64,000 bases of DNA from Betaproteobacteria bacterium. Lineage in GTDB: Bacteria; Pseudomonadota; Gammaproteobacteria; Burkholderiales; SG8-39. Shown in pieces: positions 1 through 8,971 of the stretch. Position numbers and translations under genes: made by a program. How positions within the stretch are numbered: position 1 is the first letter of the stretch; every line of letters starts with the position of its first letter. The stretch lies in NCBI GenBank assembly GCA_947482825.1, contig CANKMT010000015.1, positions 122 to 64,121 of the forward strand, read 5' to 3'. Below the pieces are notes generated by a model, which made no database searches, was not told the DNA's origin, and worked only from the letters and a program-made list of their open reading frames with translations.

Positions 1-26
1 GGCGCTCTTTCTGCGGGGGAATTCAT
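1..26 (-). CDS. 5' end of a gene running off the left edge (MNSPAERA...)
   Basis: ATG at 26-24 with AAGGAG RBS (ctcctt at 33-38); same strand as the upstream operon. Confidence 0.5.
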
Positions 27-120
27 GCGATGCTCCTTGCGCTTATTCGCAGCGAATCTTCGTACAAGACCCGCACGCAGTCCAGTCCGATCCCCTCTAT
101 CAGGGACGGTTGGTCATTAT

Positions 121-1587
121 TTACCCGGCCTGCCGTGCCACCGAGACGCCGGGCATCGGCAGCCCGAGCGCAGCGGCGTCGCGCCCGAGCAATTCGACGA
201 AGATTCCGCGGACCTGCCGGTTCGACGCCGTCTTGATGCCGGCGCGGCAATAAGCTTCCTCATTGGCGCTCCCGTCGCCGCCGAACACGCGCAGCGCGTG
301 CGGGTACCAGTGCCCGAGGATCCGGAGACCTGCTTCGCGCACGCTGGGACGATCGAGCCCCTCGAGGCGCGTCAGCCATTGGTTTGCGATGCCCTCTTGG
401 CCTTCGTAGTGGATACCGGACCACACGGCCAGCGGCACGAGGCACGAACCGAACGTGGCGAGCGAGGCCGCTTGCGAGGCGCGCGCGGCGATCCATTGCT
501 GCAGGCAGATGTCGGTCCAGCTCTCGGGTAGCGGTTGCTTGAGGAAGTCGACCTTGTGCTTTCCCCCCGTCAGCGTACGTTCCGCCTCGTCGGCAATCGG
601 GTCCGGATCGACGCCCAGCGCCGAGAGCATCCGCGCAGCATGCAGTCCCGATTTTCGATCGTCCCGGTACTGGATCGCGACCGCGAGTTTTTCCTCGGGT
701 GTCGGCGCGGCAAACACCGCCATTTCGTTCTGCCGCGCATACTTGCTTTGCACCCAGCCGCTGACCACCTTGGCAATCAGCGGGCGGACCTGGGCCGGCA
801 CGTCGCTGGCGTCGAGGTAGAGGCCGGTGCCGGCGAGGCTCTCCTCGGGGTATTCGCGGCGATTGCCTTTCCAGAGCGCGGCGGGCATCTCGAGCGAAAT
901 CTCCTTGAGGTCGCGCTCCAGCGATTTGATCCACAGCAGGCGCGACTGGTTGTTGCTCAGCGTCTTGACACCCAGTTCGAGGTAGCGCTTTTCATTGGAC
1001 GTATCGACGCCGCCGAATATGTCCAGGCACGAGGGGTAGAACTTCTCGATCGCTTTCTGGCATTCCTCGCGACGCCCTTCTGCGACCAGCCTTTTTGCGT
1101 ACTTGTTGCCTTGCGCTGTATGGCCAAGCGCTTCATCGACGTAGTTCTTTGCGTGCCACACCGCCAGCGGAACGTAGCTCGCACCGAGTCCGCCGATCGA
1201 CTGGATGCCGCCGGTGCGCTCGGCGAGCACCCGGGTCATGCTCCGTTCGACCCAGTCTTCCATGCGCATGCGGAAGTAGTCGAGCTTGCGCTCGCCAACG
1301 GTCACCGAACTCTCTGCCTCCTTGATGTAGGGCAGGGGATCGACCCCCATGTCCCGCAGGATCAGCGATACGCCAAGGCCGTGTTCCTTTTCCTGGGCGA
1401 TCTGGAAGTCGACCCACGCTTTGTCCTCGGCGGTGGGGCAGACCGAACCGGAGCGATCCGGGGCATCGGCGTACTCCGACTGGATTTGTACGGTGAGCAT
1501 CTTCACGATGAACTGGCGCACGTCGTCCGGCACTTGCTCGGCGCGCAGGTAGATCTTCCGGTTGGCAACGCGTTCTGGCAGGGACAT
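121..1587 (-). CDS. Tandem PaaA/PaaC-family ferritin-like di-iron protein (aryl-CoA epoxidase-like), two internal repeats
   Basis: Start MSLPERV with AAGGAG RBS. The N-half follows the PaaA motif order: QSE, PT..DK, QEKEHG, W...LAE, SYVPLA, DEALGH, DIFG, KTLSN. The C-half repeats the pattern without metal ligands. Confidence 0.8.
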   Translation of the reverse strand: MSLPERVANRKIYLRAEQVPDDVRQFIVKMLTVQIQSEYADAPDRSGSVCPTAEDKAWVDFQIAQEKEHGLGVSLILRDMGVDPLPYIKEAESSVTVGERKLDYFRMRMEDWVERSMTRVLAERTGGIQSIGGLGASYVPLAVWHAKNYVDEALGHTAQGNKYAKRLVAEGRREECQKAIEKFYPSCLDIFGGVDTSNEKRYLELGVKTLSNNQSRLLWIKSLERDLKEISLEMPAALWKGNRREYPEESLAGTGLYLDASDVPAQVRPLIAKVVSGWVQSKYARQNEMAVFAAPTPEEKLAVAIQYRDDRKSGLHAARMLSALGVDPDPIADEAERTLTGGKHKVDFLKQPLPESWTDICLQQWIAARASQAASLATFGSCLVPLAVWSGIHYEGQEGIANQWLTRLEGLDRPSVREAGLRILGHWYPHALRVFGGDGSANEEAYCRAGIKTASNRQVRGIFVELLGRDAAALGLPMPGVSVARQAG

Positions 1588-1631
1588 GGTTTGCTCCTTC
1601 AATCGAATGTTCAGGCGATTCGCCGGCCAGC

Positions 1632-2411
1632 TTACTTGCCGCGAAACACCGGCTTGCGCTTTTCGAGGATGGCCGCGATTCCTTCTTTCCTGTCCTCGGT
1701 GGTGCGAAGCAGCCCGCCCAAATAGGACTCGAGCCGGATGCCGTCTTCGATCGACAGGTCCGTGCTCTTGATCACCGCCTCCTTGCCGTACTTGAGCGCG
1801 AGCGGGGCCTTGGCCGAGAGCTTCTTGGCCCATTGCCTGGCGGTCGGCAAAAGGTCTGCTGCGGCCACGACCCGGTTCACGAGCCCGATGCGATAGGCCT
1901 CGGCGGCATCGATGCGCTCGCCGAACAGGACCAGTTCCATCGCGCGGCCGAGGCCGGCGAGCCGTGCAATGCGCTGCGTCGCCCCGCCCGCGGGAATCGA
2001 GCCCAGGTTGATTTCGGGCACGGCAAAACTGGCCTCGGGTGCGGCGAGGCGGAAGTCACAAGCCAGCGCCAGTTCGAATCCGCCTCCCAGGGCCATCCCG
2101 TTGACGGCGGCGATGCTGGGCTTGCCGAGCGAAGCGAGCGTCGCCCGGAAGTCTCCCCACCAGCGTGACTCCACCGACTCGATCGGCGGCTCGGTCACGC
2201 TGCCATCCTTGAGGTCCGCGCCCGCGGAGAAAGCGCGCCCGGCGCCGGTGATCAGCAGCACACGCCGGGCAGGATCGTCGCGCGCGGCGAGGAACACGTC
2301 CATCAGCTCTTCGCGACACTTCGCATTGATGGCGTTGAGCTGATCCACGCGGTTCAGCGTGATTTCGACGATGCCCTCTTCTTCCGCGACCAAAAGCGTT
2401 TCATACGTCAT
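1632..2411 (-). CDS. Enoyl-CoA hydratase/isomerase (crotonase)
   Basis: AFSAGADL, GGGFELALACD, PEINLG (both catalytic Glu present), C-terminal EKRKPVF. Confidence 0.93.
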   Translation of the reverse strand: MTYETLLVAEEEGIVEITLNRVDQLNAINAKCREELMDVFLAARDDPARRVLLITGAGRAFSAGADLKDGSVTEPPIESVESRWWGDFRATLASLGKPSIAAVNGMALGGGFELALACDFRLAAPEASFAVPEINLGSIPAGGATQRIARLAGLGRAMELVLFGERIDAAEAYRIGLVNRVVAAADLLPTARQWAKKLSAKAPLALKYGKEAVIKSTDLSIEDGIRLESYLGGLLRTTEDRKEGIAAILEKRKPVFRGK

Positions 2412-2438
2412 CTCACCAATCCTTATTCAAGTGAATTC

Positions 2439-3998
2439 TCAGCCGGCAGCAACCGCTGTGCCGGAAAACTTCGCCACGAGCGCGCGCTTGTCGACCTTGT
2501 TGGAGCCGTTGCGCGGCAATGCGTCCACAAAAATGATCTGCTTGGGCAGCTTGTAGCTGCTCAGGTGCGTGCGGCAATGCTCGATCAGTTCTCCCTCGAC
2601 AACGCCGGAAGATGCGCGGCGCGCGACGATGGCAGTCACCGCCTCTTCCCAATGCGGATGGGGCAATCCGAACACCGCACAGTCGAGCACGTCGGGGTGG
2701 GCCGCAAGCGCATGCTCGACCTCGGCCGCGTGCACTGTCATGCCGGCCGTCTTGATGACATCCTTGATCCTGCCGGTCAAGAGGAGGGCGCCGTCTTCGC
2801 CCTGGCAACCCAGGTCGCCCGTGTGCAGCCATCCACCGTCCATTGCAATCGCGGTGAGGTCCGGCGCGTTCCAGTAGCCGCTCATCCCGGTCGGCGAGCG
2901 CACCACCACCTCGCCCTCGCCGCGGCCGGGCGGCACGAGCTGGCCGTTTGCGCCGAGGATGCCGATCTCGCTGCCCGGCCACGCGTAACCCACGCAGTTC
3001 GACGGATGCCCGGTGTTCGCAAGGCAATCGTAGGTCGCGATGTTGCTGACCTCGGTCATGCCGTACGTGATCTCGAGCGGCAGTCCGGGAAAGCGGCGAA
3101 AGATTTCGCTTCGGATCGCTTCAGGGAGGAATCCCGCAGTCCAGTGCAGCTTACGCAGCGAGCCGAGATCGACCGGCCGGCGATCCATCGATGCGAAGAG
3201 CCCTTTTGCGGACAGAACGGGGTGCAGGTACAGCCGAGACACCCGATGGCGCGGGACGAGTTCGAGCAGCGAGTCCGGGTCGGTGCGCGTGGGGATGACG
3301 AGCGTGCCGCCTGCCAGCAGCACGGCGAAGGGGCCGGTCAAGGAGCCGCCGGTGTGCGCCATTGGCGCCCGCCCGAGCAGTACGTCGTCGCGTGACAGGC
3401 GTTGCGCAAGCATTGCCAGGCCCCACGCTACGCTGAGGTGGGAGCGGACGACGCCTTTGGGCCGACCGGTGCTTCCGGCCGTGTAGTAAATGGCGCAGGG
3501 CTTGCTGAGGTCCTGCGGCTGATGCATGACCGGTGGAAGGCTGCGATCGACTAGCGCTTCGTAATCTTCGATTCCGCTCCGGGGTGGATCCACGCACACA
3601 ATAAGCATGTCGGGTATCCGTCCGTCGGCGCAAAGCGCTTCCACGGCCGGAAGGTGCTCCGGGTCGGTAATCAAGCACCGGGCCCCGCTGTTATCGACGT
3701 AAAAGTGCAGTTCTTCGAAAGCAGTGCGCGGATTCAGCGGCACGACAACGGCGCCGGCGCGGATGATCGCCCACCAGGCCTCGACGAATCGGGTGCTGTT
3801 CGGCAGCAACAGGACGACCCGGTCGCCCGAGAGGATGCCGAGATCCTGGAGGCCGTTCGCGAGTCGCCCGATCCGGTCCACCAACCGGGTGTACGTCGTC
3901 ACCTCTGCGTCATGGCAGATCGCAGCCTGGGGGCCAAACCGGCGCTCGCCTGCGAGCAGCAGCGATGCGGCATCGAAAGACGGGGGCGGGGTCATCAC
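2439..3998 (-). CDS. Acyl/aryl-CoA ligase (AMP-binding family)
   Basis: YTAGSTGRPKG, YGMTE, WLHTGDLG, GRIKD, LPRNGSNKV. Confidence 0.92.
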   Translation of the reverse strand: MMTPPPSFDAASLLLAGERRFGPQAAICHDAEVTTYTRLVDRIGRLANGLQDLGILSGDRVVLLLPNSTRFVEAWWAIIRAGAVVVPLNPRTAFEELHFYVDNSGARCLITDPEHLPAVEALCADGRIPDMLIVCVDPPRSGIEDYEALVDRSLPPVMHQPQDLSKPCAIYYTAGSTGRPKGVVRSHLSVAWGLAMLAQRLSRDDVLLGRAPMAHTGGSLTGPFAVLLAGGTLVIPTRTDPDSLLELVPRHRVSRLYLHPVLSAKGLFASMDRRPVDLGSLRKLHWTAGFLPEAIRSEIFRRFPGLPLEITYGMTEVSNIATYDCLANTGHPSNCVGYAWPGSEIGILGANGQLVPPGRGEGEVVVRSPTGMSGYWNAPDLTAIAMDGGWLHTGDLGCQGEDGALLLTGRIKDVIKTAGMTVHAAEVEHALAAHPDVLDCAVFGLPHPHWEEAVTAIVARRASSGVVEGELIEHCRTHLSSYKLPKQIIFVDALPRNGSNKVDKRALVAKFSGTAVAAG

Positions 3999-4032
3999 TT
4001 GCCCTTGCGCATCAACGGCGAGCCACGTCGAT

Positions 4033-4899
4033 TCAGCCGCCGCGCGTCACGGGCTGGGCCCGGAACTGTCTTGCCTTGCCGTTGCTCCGCGCGCCGGGGC
4101 TCTGGGTACGCGCGCCAAGCGCCACCGAGATTCCCTCCGCGCACTCGAGCAGATTGGGCAGGAGCTTTTCCATCCGCTCGTCGGTCAGGCGCTGGGCGGG
4201 GCCGACGATGCCGACGCTTGCAACTACGCGGTCCGTCGCGTCGCGAATCGGAGCGGCCATGCTGCGTGCCCCCGAGTAGATTTCCTGGTTGCTTGTGGCG
4301 TAACCACGCTTGCGGATCTGGGCAAGGTCGCTGCGCAATGCGTCCTTGTCGACCAGGGTGCCTGCGGTAAAGCGGCGCAGCCGGCCCCGCAGGTATTGCT
4401 CCTGGAATTCCGGGTTCATGTGCGCCAGCAGGATCCGGCGCGTGGACCCGCAATGCAGCGGGAAGCTCATGCCGTCGCTCGGAATCACGCGCATCGGCTC
4501 GGGACTTTCAAGCATCTCGAGATAGGTCGCCTGGCTGTCGGTTGGCACGACAAGTACGACGGTTTCGCGCGACATACGCACCAGCAGCTGCATGAAGGGC
4601 AGCGCGGTGTGCCGCAGGTCCAGCGAAAGGCGGATGACGTCGCCAAGCTGCAGCAACCGGGCGCCGAGCATGTAGCTGTCGGTCCCCTCCTTCTGCCTCA
4701 CGACGCCTTTGTCGCGCAGCGTAGCGATCAGCCGATAGGTCGTACTGCGCGGAAAGCCGAGCTCACGCGAGATTTCGTCTACCGTGAGGGACGGCCTTTC
4801 GCGGGTGAAGGCGAAAATCACGTCGATCGCCTTGCCAAGCGACTTGATCGCCTTCTGCCCGGAACTTGCCGCGGGTTTCCTTTGCGCCATGTTTTGCAA
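4033..4899 (-). CDS. IclR-family transcriptional regulator
   Basis: N-terminal HTH (LGFPRSTTYRLIATL) and effector domain (IRKRGYA...SMAAPI). Confidence 0.93.
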   Translation of the reverse strand: MQNMAQRKPAASSGQKAIKSLGKAIDVIFAFTRERPSLTVDEISRELGFPRSTTYRLIATLRDKGVVRQKEGTDSYMLGARLLQLGDVIRLSLDLRHTALPFMQLLVRMSRETVVLVVPTDSQATYLEMLESPEPMRVIPSDGMSFPLHCGSTRRILLAHMNPEFQEQYLRGRLRRFTAGTLVDKDALRSDLAQIRKRGYATSNQEIYSGARSMAAPIRDATDRVVASVGIVGPAQRLTDERMEKLLPNLLECAEGISVALGARTQSPGARSNGKARQFRAQPVTRGG

Positions 4900-4924
4900 T
4901 GTAAGACTGTGTTCTCAGGAACAA

Positions 4925-5018
4925 AGGCTAGCCAGTAGCCCCCGCGCTGTCAATTTCGCACGCCGGCTTGACAGCGAAAATGTGGGCCACTAGAGTGTCT
5001 TGGAGAGACTGCAGTCTC
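4925..5018. promoter_or_regulatory. Divergent sigma70-like promoters and palindromic operator
   Basis: + strand TTGACA(4968)-17 bp-TAGAGT(4991); - strand TTGACA(4953-4948)-17 bp-TAGCCT(4930-4925); perfect palindrome GAGACTGCAGTCTC at 5005-5018, probable IclR site. Confidence 0.65.
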
Positions 5019-5055
5019 ACAAAGTAAGAACAACCCGGATCGAGGAGGAGGGGCG

Positions 5056-5796
5056 ATGGCCGACCGTCTGGCTGGGCAGGTTGCGCTGATCACCGGTGGG
5101 GGCTCGGGCATAGGCCGGGCGGCGGTGCTGCGCTTCGCGGCCGAGGGTGCGCAGGTCCTGATCGCGGATCGCGACCGGGCGGCGGCGGAGTCGGTGATGA
5201 GGGAAGTCCCCGGCGCGGCGGTTGCCGTCGGCGACGTCTCGCTGGCGGCCGACGCGGAGGCGATGACGAAGGCGGCGCTGGATCGATTCGGCCGGCTCGA
5301 CATCCTCATCAACAATGCCGGCATGTCATTCACGGCTTCGGTCCTCGACATGGCCGAGGCAGACTGGCGGCGGGTCTTCGACGTCAACCTCACGAGCATG
5401 TTCCTGATGTGCAAGTTCGCGATCCCGGCCATGGCGCGCACGGGCGGCGGACGCATCGTCAATACCGGGTCCGGCCTCGGCGTGGTGATCGGGCCGGGAG
5501 GCAAGACGGCCTACTCGACCTCCAAGGCCGCCGTCGTCCACTTCACCAAGTGCCTGGCCGTGGACCATGCGGCCGCCGGCATTCGCGTGAACTGCGTTTG
5601 CCCAGGCCCGGTCGAATCGCCGATGTTCCTGCGCAATCCCGCGGAGCTGCGCGAGAGGCTGGCGCAGAGCCGGCCGCTGCGCCGCATCGGCAAGGCCGAG
5701 GAAATCGCCAACGCGATGCTGTTCCTCGCGTCCGAGGAAAGCAGCTACATCACCGGACATGCGCTGATGGTCGATGGGGGCGGCTCGATCGTATGA
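5056..5796 (+). CDS. Short-chain dehydrogenase/reductase
   Basis: TGGGSGIG, NNAG, YSTSK; strong RBS GAGGAGG. Confidence 0.93.
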   Translation: MADRLAGQVALITGGGSGIGRAAVLRFAAEGAQVLIADRDRAAAESVMREVPGAAVAVGDVSLAADAEAMTKAALDRFGRLDILINNAGMSFTASVLDMAEADWRRVFDVNLTSMFLMCKFAIPAMARTGGGRIVNTGSGLGVVIGPGGKTAYSTSKAAVVHFTKCLAVDHAAAGIRVNCVCPGPVESPMFLRNPAELRERLAQSRPLRRIGKAEEIANAMLFLASEESSYITGHALMVDGGGSIV

Positions 5797-5825
5797 ACGC
5801 TTTGCCTGCGAGCAGGAGGTAACCC

Positions 5826-7220
5826 ATGCCGGATACGTACCTACCCAGGGCCCAGGGCCCGTTTGCAGCGCCGCGGGCGCCGGAGCTGGAGCAGGCCGGA
5901 TTGATGGACGACCTGGTCGCCAAAGCCTGTGTTCTATGCAGCCGACCGAGCGGGCGCAACAACACGCAGCCCGGCTACGGCATGAAGCGGGGCGAGAAAG
6001 TGCTGCTGGGCGTCGACAGTTCGTACGACTGGCGGGTGGTCGAGGCCCTGAAAGCCGCGGCCAACGATCTCGGCGCGAAGATGGACATCATCATGGTCGA
6101 CTCGGGTGGACCGCAGCGCTCCGTCTACCACATCACCGACACGCCGCTCGACGGCGCCGACGAGGCGCGCAGCGTGCAACGCTCGATTGGCACCGACATC
6201 CGGCGCAATCCCTACCTTGTTCGCGAGATTGCGGACAAACACAACTACGACCTCGTGATCAACGGGACCGCCGGTCCGATCCCGGACACGCCCTACCGCT
6301 GGGAGCGTCTGCCGTGGACTTCGGTGGAGCACTGGGCAGGCGACGAGATCACGTTCCCGATCGAGCTGCAGGTCGCCATCGACCAGGTCGTCTGGGAGCA
6401 GATCCAGCGCTGCGTGCGCGTGCGCTTCACCGACCCCGAAGGCACGGACGTCACGTTCAGCAACTACAACGACAGCCGATGGATGTACCAGAGCCACCAG
6501 TGGGGCAAGCCGCTCTACATCACTGCAGAGGAGGACGCGACCGGTGTCATCGCGGGCACGACGAACCATCGTGGCGTGTTCGAATGGTGCGAGGCGCGCG
6601 TCGACGACGGCCTGATCACGTCAGTCAAGGGCGGCGGGGAGTACGGCGAGATCTGGCGCCAGAAGCTCGACGAATTCAAGGACGTCATCATGCCCCCGTA
6701 CCGCACTCGCAAGGTGGCGGGCTCGCGGGAGGTCGCCTGCAAGCACCGACCCGGGTTCTTCTGGTACTGGGAATGTGCGATCGGCACGATGCCGAAAGTC
6801 TTCCGCCCATCGACGGGCCTGTTCGATCTCCTGTACGAGCGCCGCCGCTCAGGCCTCGTCCACCACGGCTTCGGACCGAACAGCGACGAGATCCCGGAGA
6901 TGGCCAAGGCTGGCCTGCCGACCCGGCACGTCCACATCCACAACCTGTTCTCGACCTACGAAGGAACGACCGCCAGCGGCGAGAAGATCGTCGTCATCGA
7001 TCGCGGACGGCTCACCGCATTCGACGATCCCAGGGTGCGGGCGGTCGCCGAAAAGTTCGGCGATCCGGATACGTTGCTGCAGGAAGCATGGATCCCCGCC
7101 ATCCCGGGAATCAATGCCGAAGGCGACTACATGGAGGACTACGCGGGTGATCCGCGCACGCGAGTGCTCGACTGGGCACGCAAGCGCGCGGCCGGGTTTG
7201 TGGACCGGGGGAGGCGATGA
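5826..7220 (+). CDS. Protein of the M29 aminopeptidase / NicX-like fold, function unknown
   Basis: GMKRGEKVLL..D, VRFTDPEGTDVTFS, VDDGLITSVKGG, ECAIG, GLVHHGFG, HVHIH resemble M29/NicX motifs; strong RBS. Confidence 0.55.
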   Translation: MPDTYLPRAQGPFAAPRAPELEQAGLMDDLVAKACVLCSRPSGRNNTQPGYGMKRGEKVLLGVDSSYDWRVVEALKAAANDLGAKMDIIMVDSGGPQRSVYHITDTPLDGADEARSVQRSIGTDIRRNPYLVREIADKHNYDLVINGTAGPIPDTPYRWERLPWTSVEHWAGDEITFPIELQVAIDQVVWEQIQRCVRVRFTDPEGTDVTFSNYNDSRWMYQSHQWGKPLYITAEEDATGVIAGTTNHRGVFEWCEARVDDGLITSVKGGGEYGEIWRQKLDEFKDVIMPPYRTRKVAGSREVACKHRPGFFWYWECAIGTMPKVFRPSTGLFDLLYERRRSGLVHHGFGPNSDEIPEMAKAGLPTRHVHIHNLFSTYEGTTASGEKIVVIDRGRLTAFDDPRVRAVAEKFGDPDTLLQEAWIPAIPGINAEGDYMEDYAGDPRTRVLDWARKRAAGFVDRGRR

Positions 7221-8074
7221 CGAAGGGCGAGGCGCAGGCGCAAGCAACTGCAACTGGGCAAAGGTCGCTGAAATTCCGGCCGCTCTCCCCGGTCGTGGGG
7301 GCGGAGGTGACCGGCATGGACTTCAGCCGCGAGGCTGACCAAGACACCGTCCGTCAGCTGCGCGATGCGTTCGATCGCTACAACGCGCTGCTCTTCCGCA
7401 ATGTCACGCTCGCTGTGGAGGAACAGGCCAGGTTTGGCCGGATCTTCGGCCAGATCAAGGTGCGCGGCGACTACAAGCCCAACGAATTTCCCGATACGCA
7501 GCATATTTCGAACACGCGTGCCGACGGCATGCTCGGCGATGGCGAGCTCACCTTCCATTACGACCAGCTCTTCTATCCCGACCCGCTCAAGGCGATCATG
7601 CTCTACGGCGTCGAAGTGCCGAAGGGCAAAGGCGGGGAGACGCTGTTCTGCAATACATCCCTTGCGTACGACGCGCTGCCGGATGATTTCAAGGTGGAAC
7701 TCCACGGCCTGTCGTGCATTCACGCGTACAACTACAAAGGCAACCGTGCGGACCCGAATTTCGCGCGCTCGGGCGGAGCCGACGCGCCGCGCTTCCAGCA
7801 CTCGCTGGTGTGGATCCATCCACGGACGGGGCGGCGCTCGTTGTGGTTCAGCAAGGCCTCCACAGACCGGGTCGTCGAACTGGATACGGCCGCAAGCGAG
7901 TTACTGCTTGCTCGCCTGCGGGAGGCGGTCTATCGGCCGGAATTCATCCACACCCACCGCTGGCATGTCGGCGATTTGCTCATCTGGAGCAACCAGGTGG
8001 TCCAGCACGCGAGGACGCCGTTCGACCCGGCTGAACCACGTACGCTGCGCAGGACCCCGATCGTCGAGGGGTAA
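7217..8074 (+). CDS. TauD/TfdA-family Fe(II)/2-oxoglutarate dioxygenase
   Basis: PLSPVVGAEV, FHYDQ (HxD), GGETLF, W..GDL.IW.N...QHAR. Confidence 0.9.
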   Translation: MTKGEAQAQATATGQRSLKFRPLSPVVGAEVTGMDFSREADQDTVRQLRDAFDRYNALLFRNVTLAVEEQARFGRIFGQIKVRGDYKPNEFPDTQHISNTRADGMLGDGELTFHYDQLFYPDPLKAIMLYGVEVPKGKGGETLFCNTSLAYDALPDDFKVELHGLSCIHAYNYKGNRADPNFARSGGADAPRFQHSLVWIHPRTGRRSLWFSKASTDRVVELDTAASELLLARLREAVYRPEFIHTHRWHVGDLLIWSNQVVQHARTPFDPAEPRTLRRTPIVEG

Positions 8075-8227
8075 GGCGAGGCGCGCGTGACGCAGGGTCT
8101 GCCGGCGGTGCACCGGTTTAGAAAACAAGATTGGTTACAGAATTGTTGCCGCTGCTGCTAGGATTGTCGCTGTTCGCTGGCTGCCATACGCTCCGGGCCG
8201 CGCGAACCGACCTGGCGACACGAAGAC

Positions 8228-8944
8228 ATGCCGAAGAAATCAGCCCGCAAGCCGTTGAAACCGAAAGCGCCGGTCGTGCGGCCCGAACGCGCCCGGCACG
8301 GCCGCAACCGCACCGGGCACCTGATCGACGTCCTGCGCGAGCGAATCGCGAAGCAGGAGGCTGCCCCCGGGGCGAAGCTCGGCGAGGTCGAGCTTTCGCT
8401 CGAGTTCGGCGTGCCGCGCACCCAGGTCCGCGAGGCGTTCTCGGCGCTCGAGCAACGCGGTCTCATTGAGAGGATTCCCAACCGGGGCGCGATCGTCGCG
8501 CGGCTGGACCCGGCCCACGTGTTCCACATCTACGACACGCGAGAAGTGCTCGAAGGCGCATGCGTGCGGCTTGCGACGTTGAACGTGCCCAAGGAGTCGT
8601 GGCAGGACCTGCTCGACCTGTTCACGGGGCCGATGCAGCGATACGTGGAGAAGAACGATTTCGACGCATTCCTCACCGGCTACGCGCAGTTTCGCCAGCG
8701 CAGCATCGAGGCGGCCGGCAATCCGGTCCTTGCCCAGATGCTCGACAGCATCTACGAGAAGACCCAGGTCCTGATCTACCGGATCATCATCCTGCCCGGC
8801 CGCGCGCAGCAGGGCTTGCGCGAGCACATTGCAGTGCTGGAAGCCATGCGTCGCGGCGACGCGGACGCGGCGGAGGCGCTGCGCCGCGAGAACATGCGCA
8901 GCGCCAAGGCCTGCCTGCGGAATTTCCAGAAGTACGTGCTCTGA
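8228..8944 (+). CDS. GntR-family regulator (FCD domain)
   Basis: LSLEFGVPRTQVREA wHTH; EHIAVLEAMRRGDADAA. Confidence 0.92.
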   Translation: MPKKSARKPLKPKAPVVRPERARHGRNRTGHLIDVLRERIAKQEAAPGAKLGEVELSLEFGVPRTQVREAFSALEQRGLIERIPNRGAIVARLDPAHVFHIYDTREVLEGACVRLATLNVPKESWQDLLDLFTGPMQRYVEKNDFDAFLTGYAQFRQRSIEAAGNPVLAQMLDSIYEKTQVLIYRIIILPGRAQQGLREHIAVLEAMRRGDADAAEALRRENMRSAKACLRNFQKYVL

Positions 8945-8971
8945 GATGGCCGCACAAGGAGAAATGACCCA

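Noticed and set aside
1588-1833. N-terminal extension of the 570-aa ORF 121..1833
   Set aside because: It overlaps the crotonase gene in another frame; the real start is ATG 1587 with an AAGGAG RBS.
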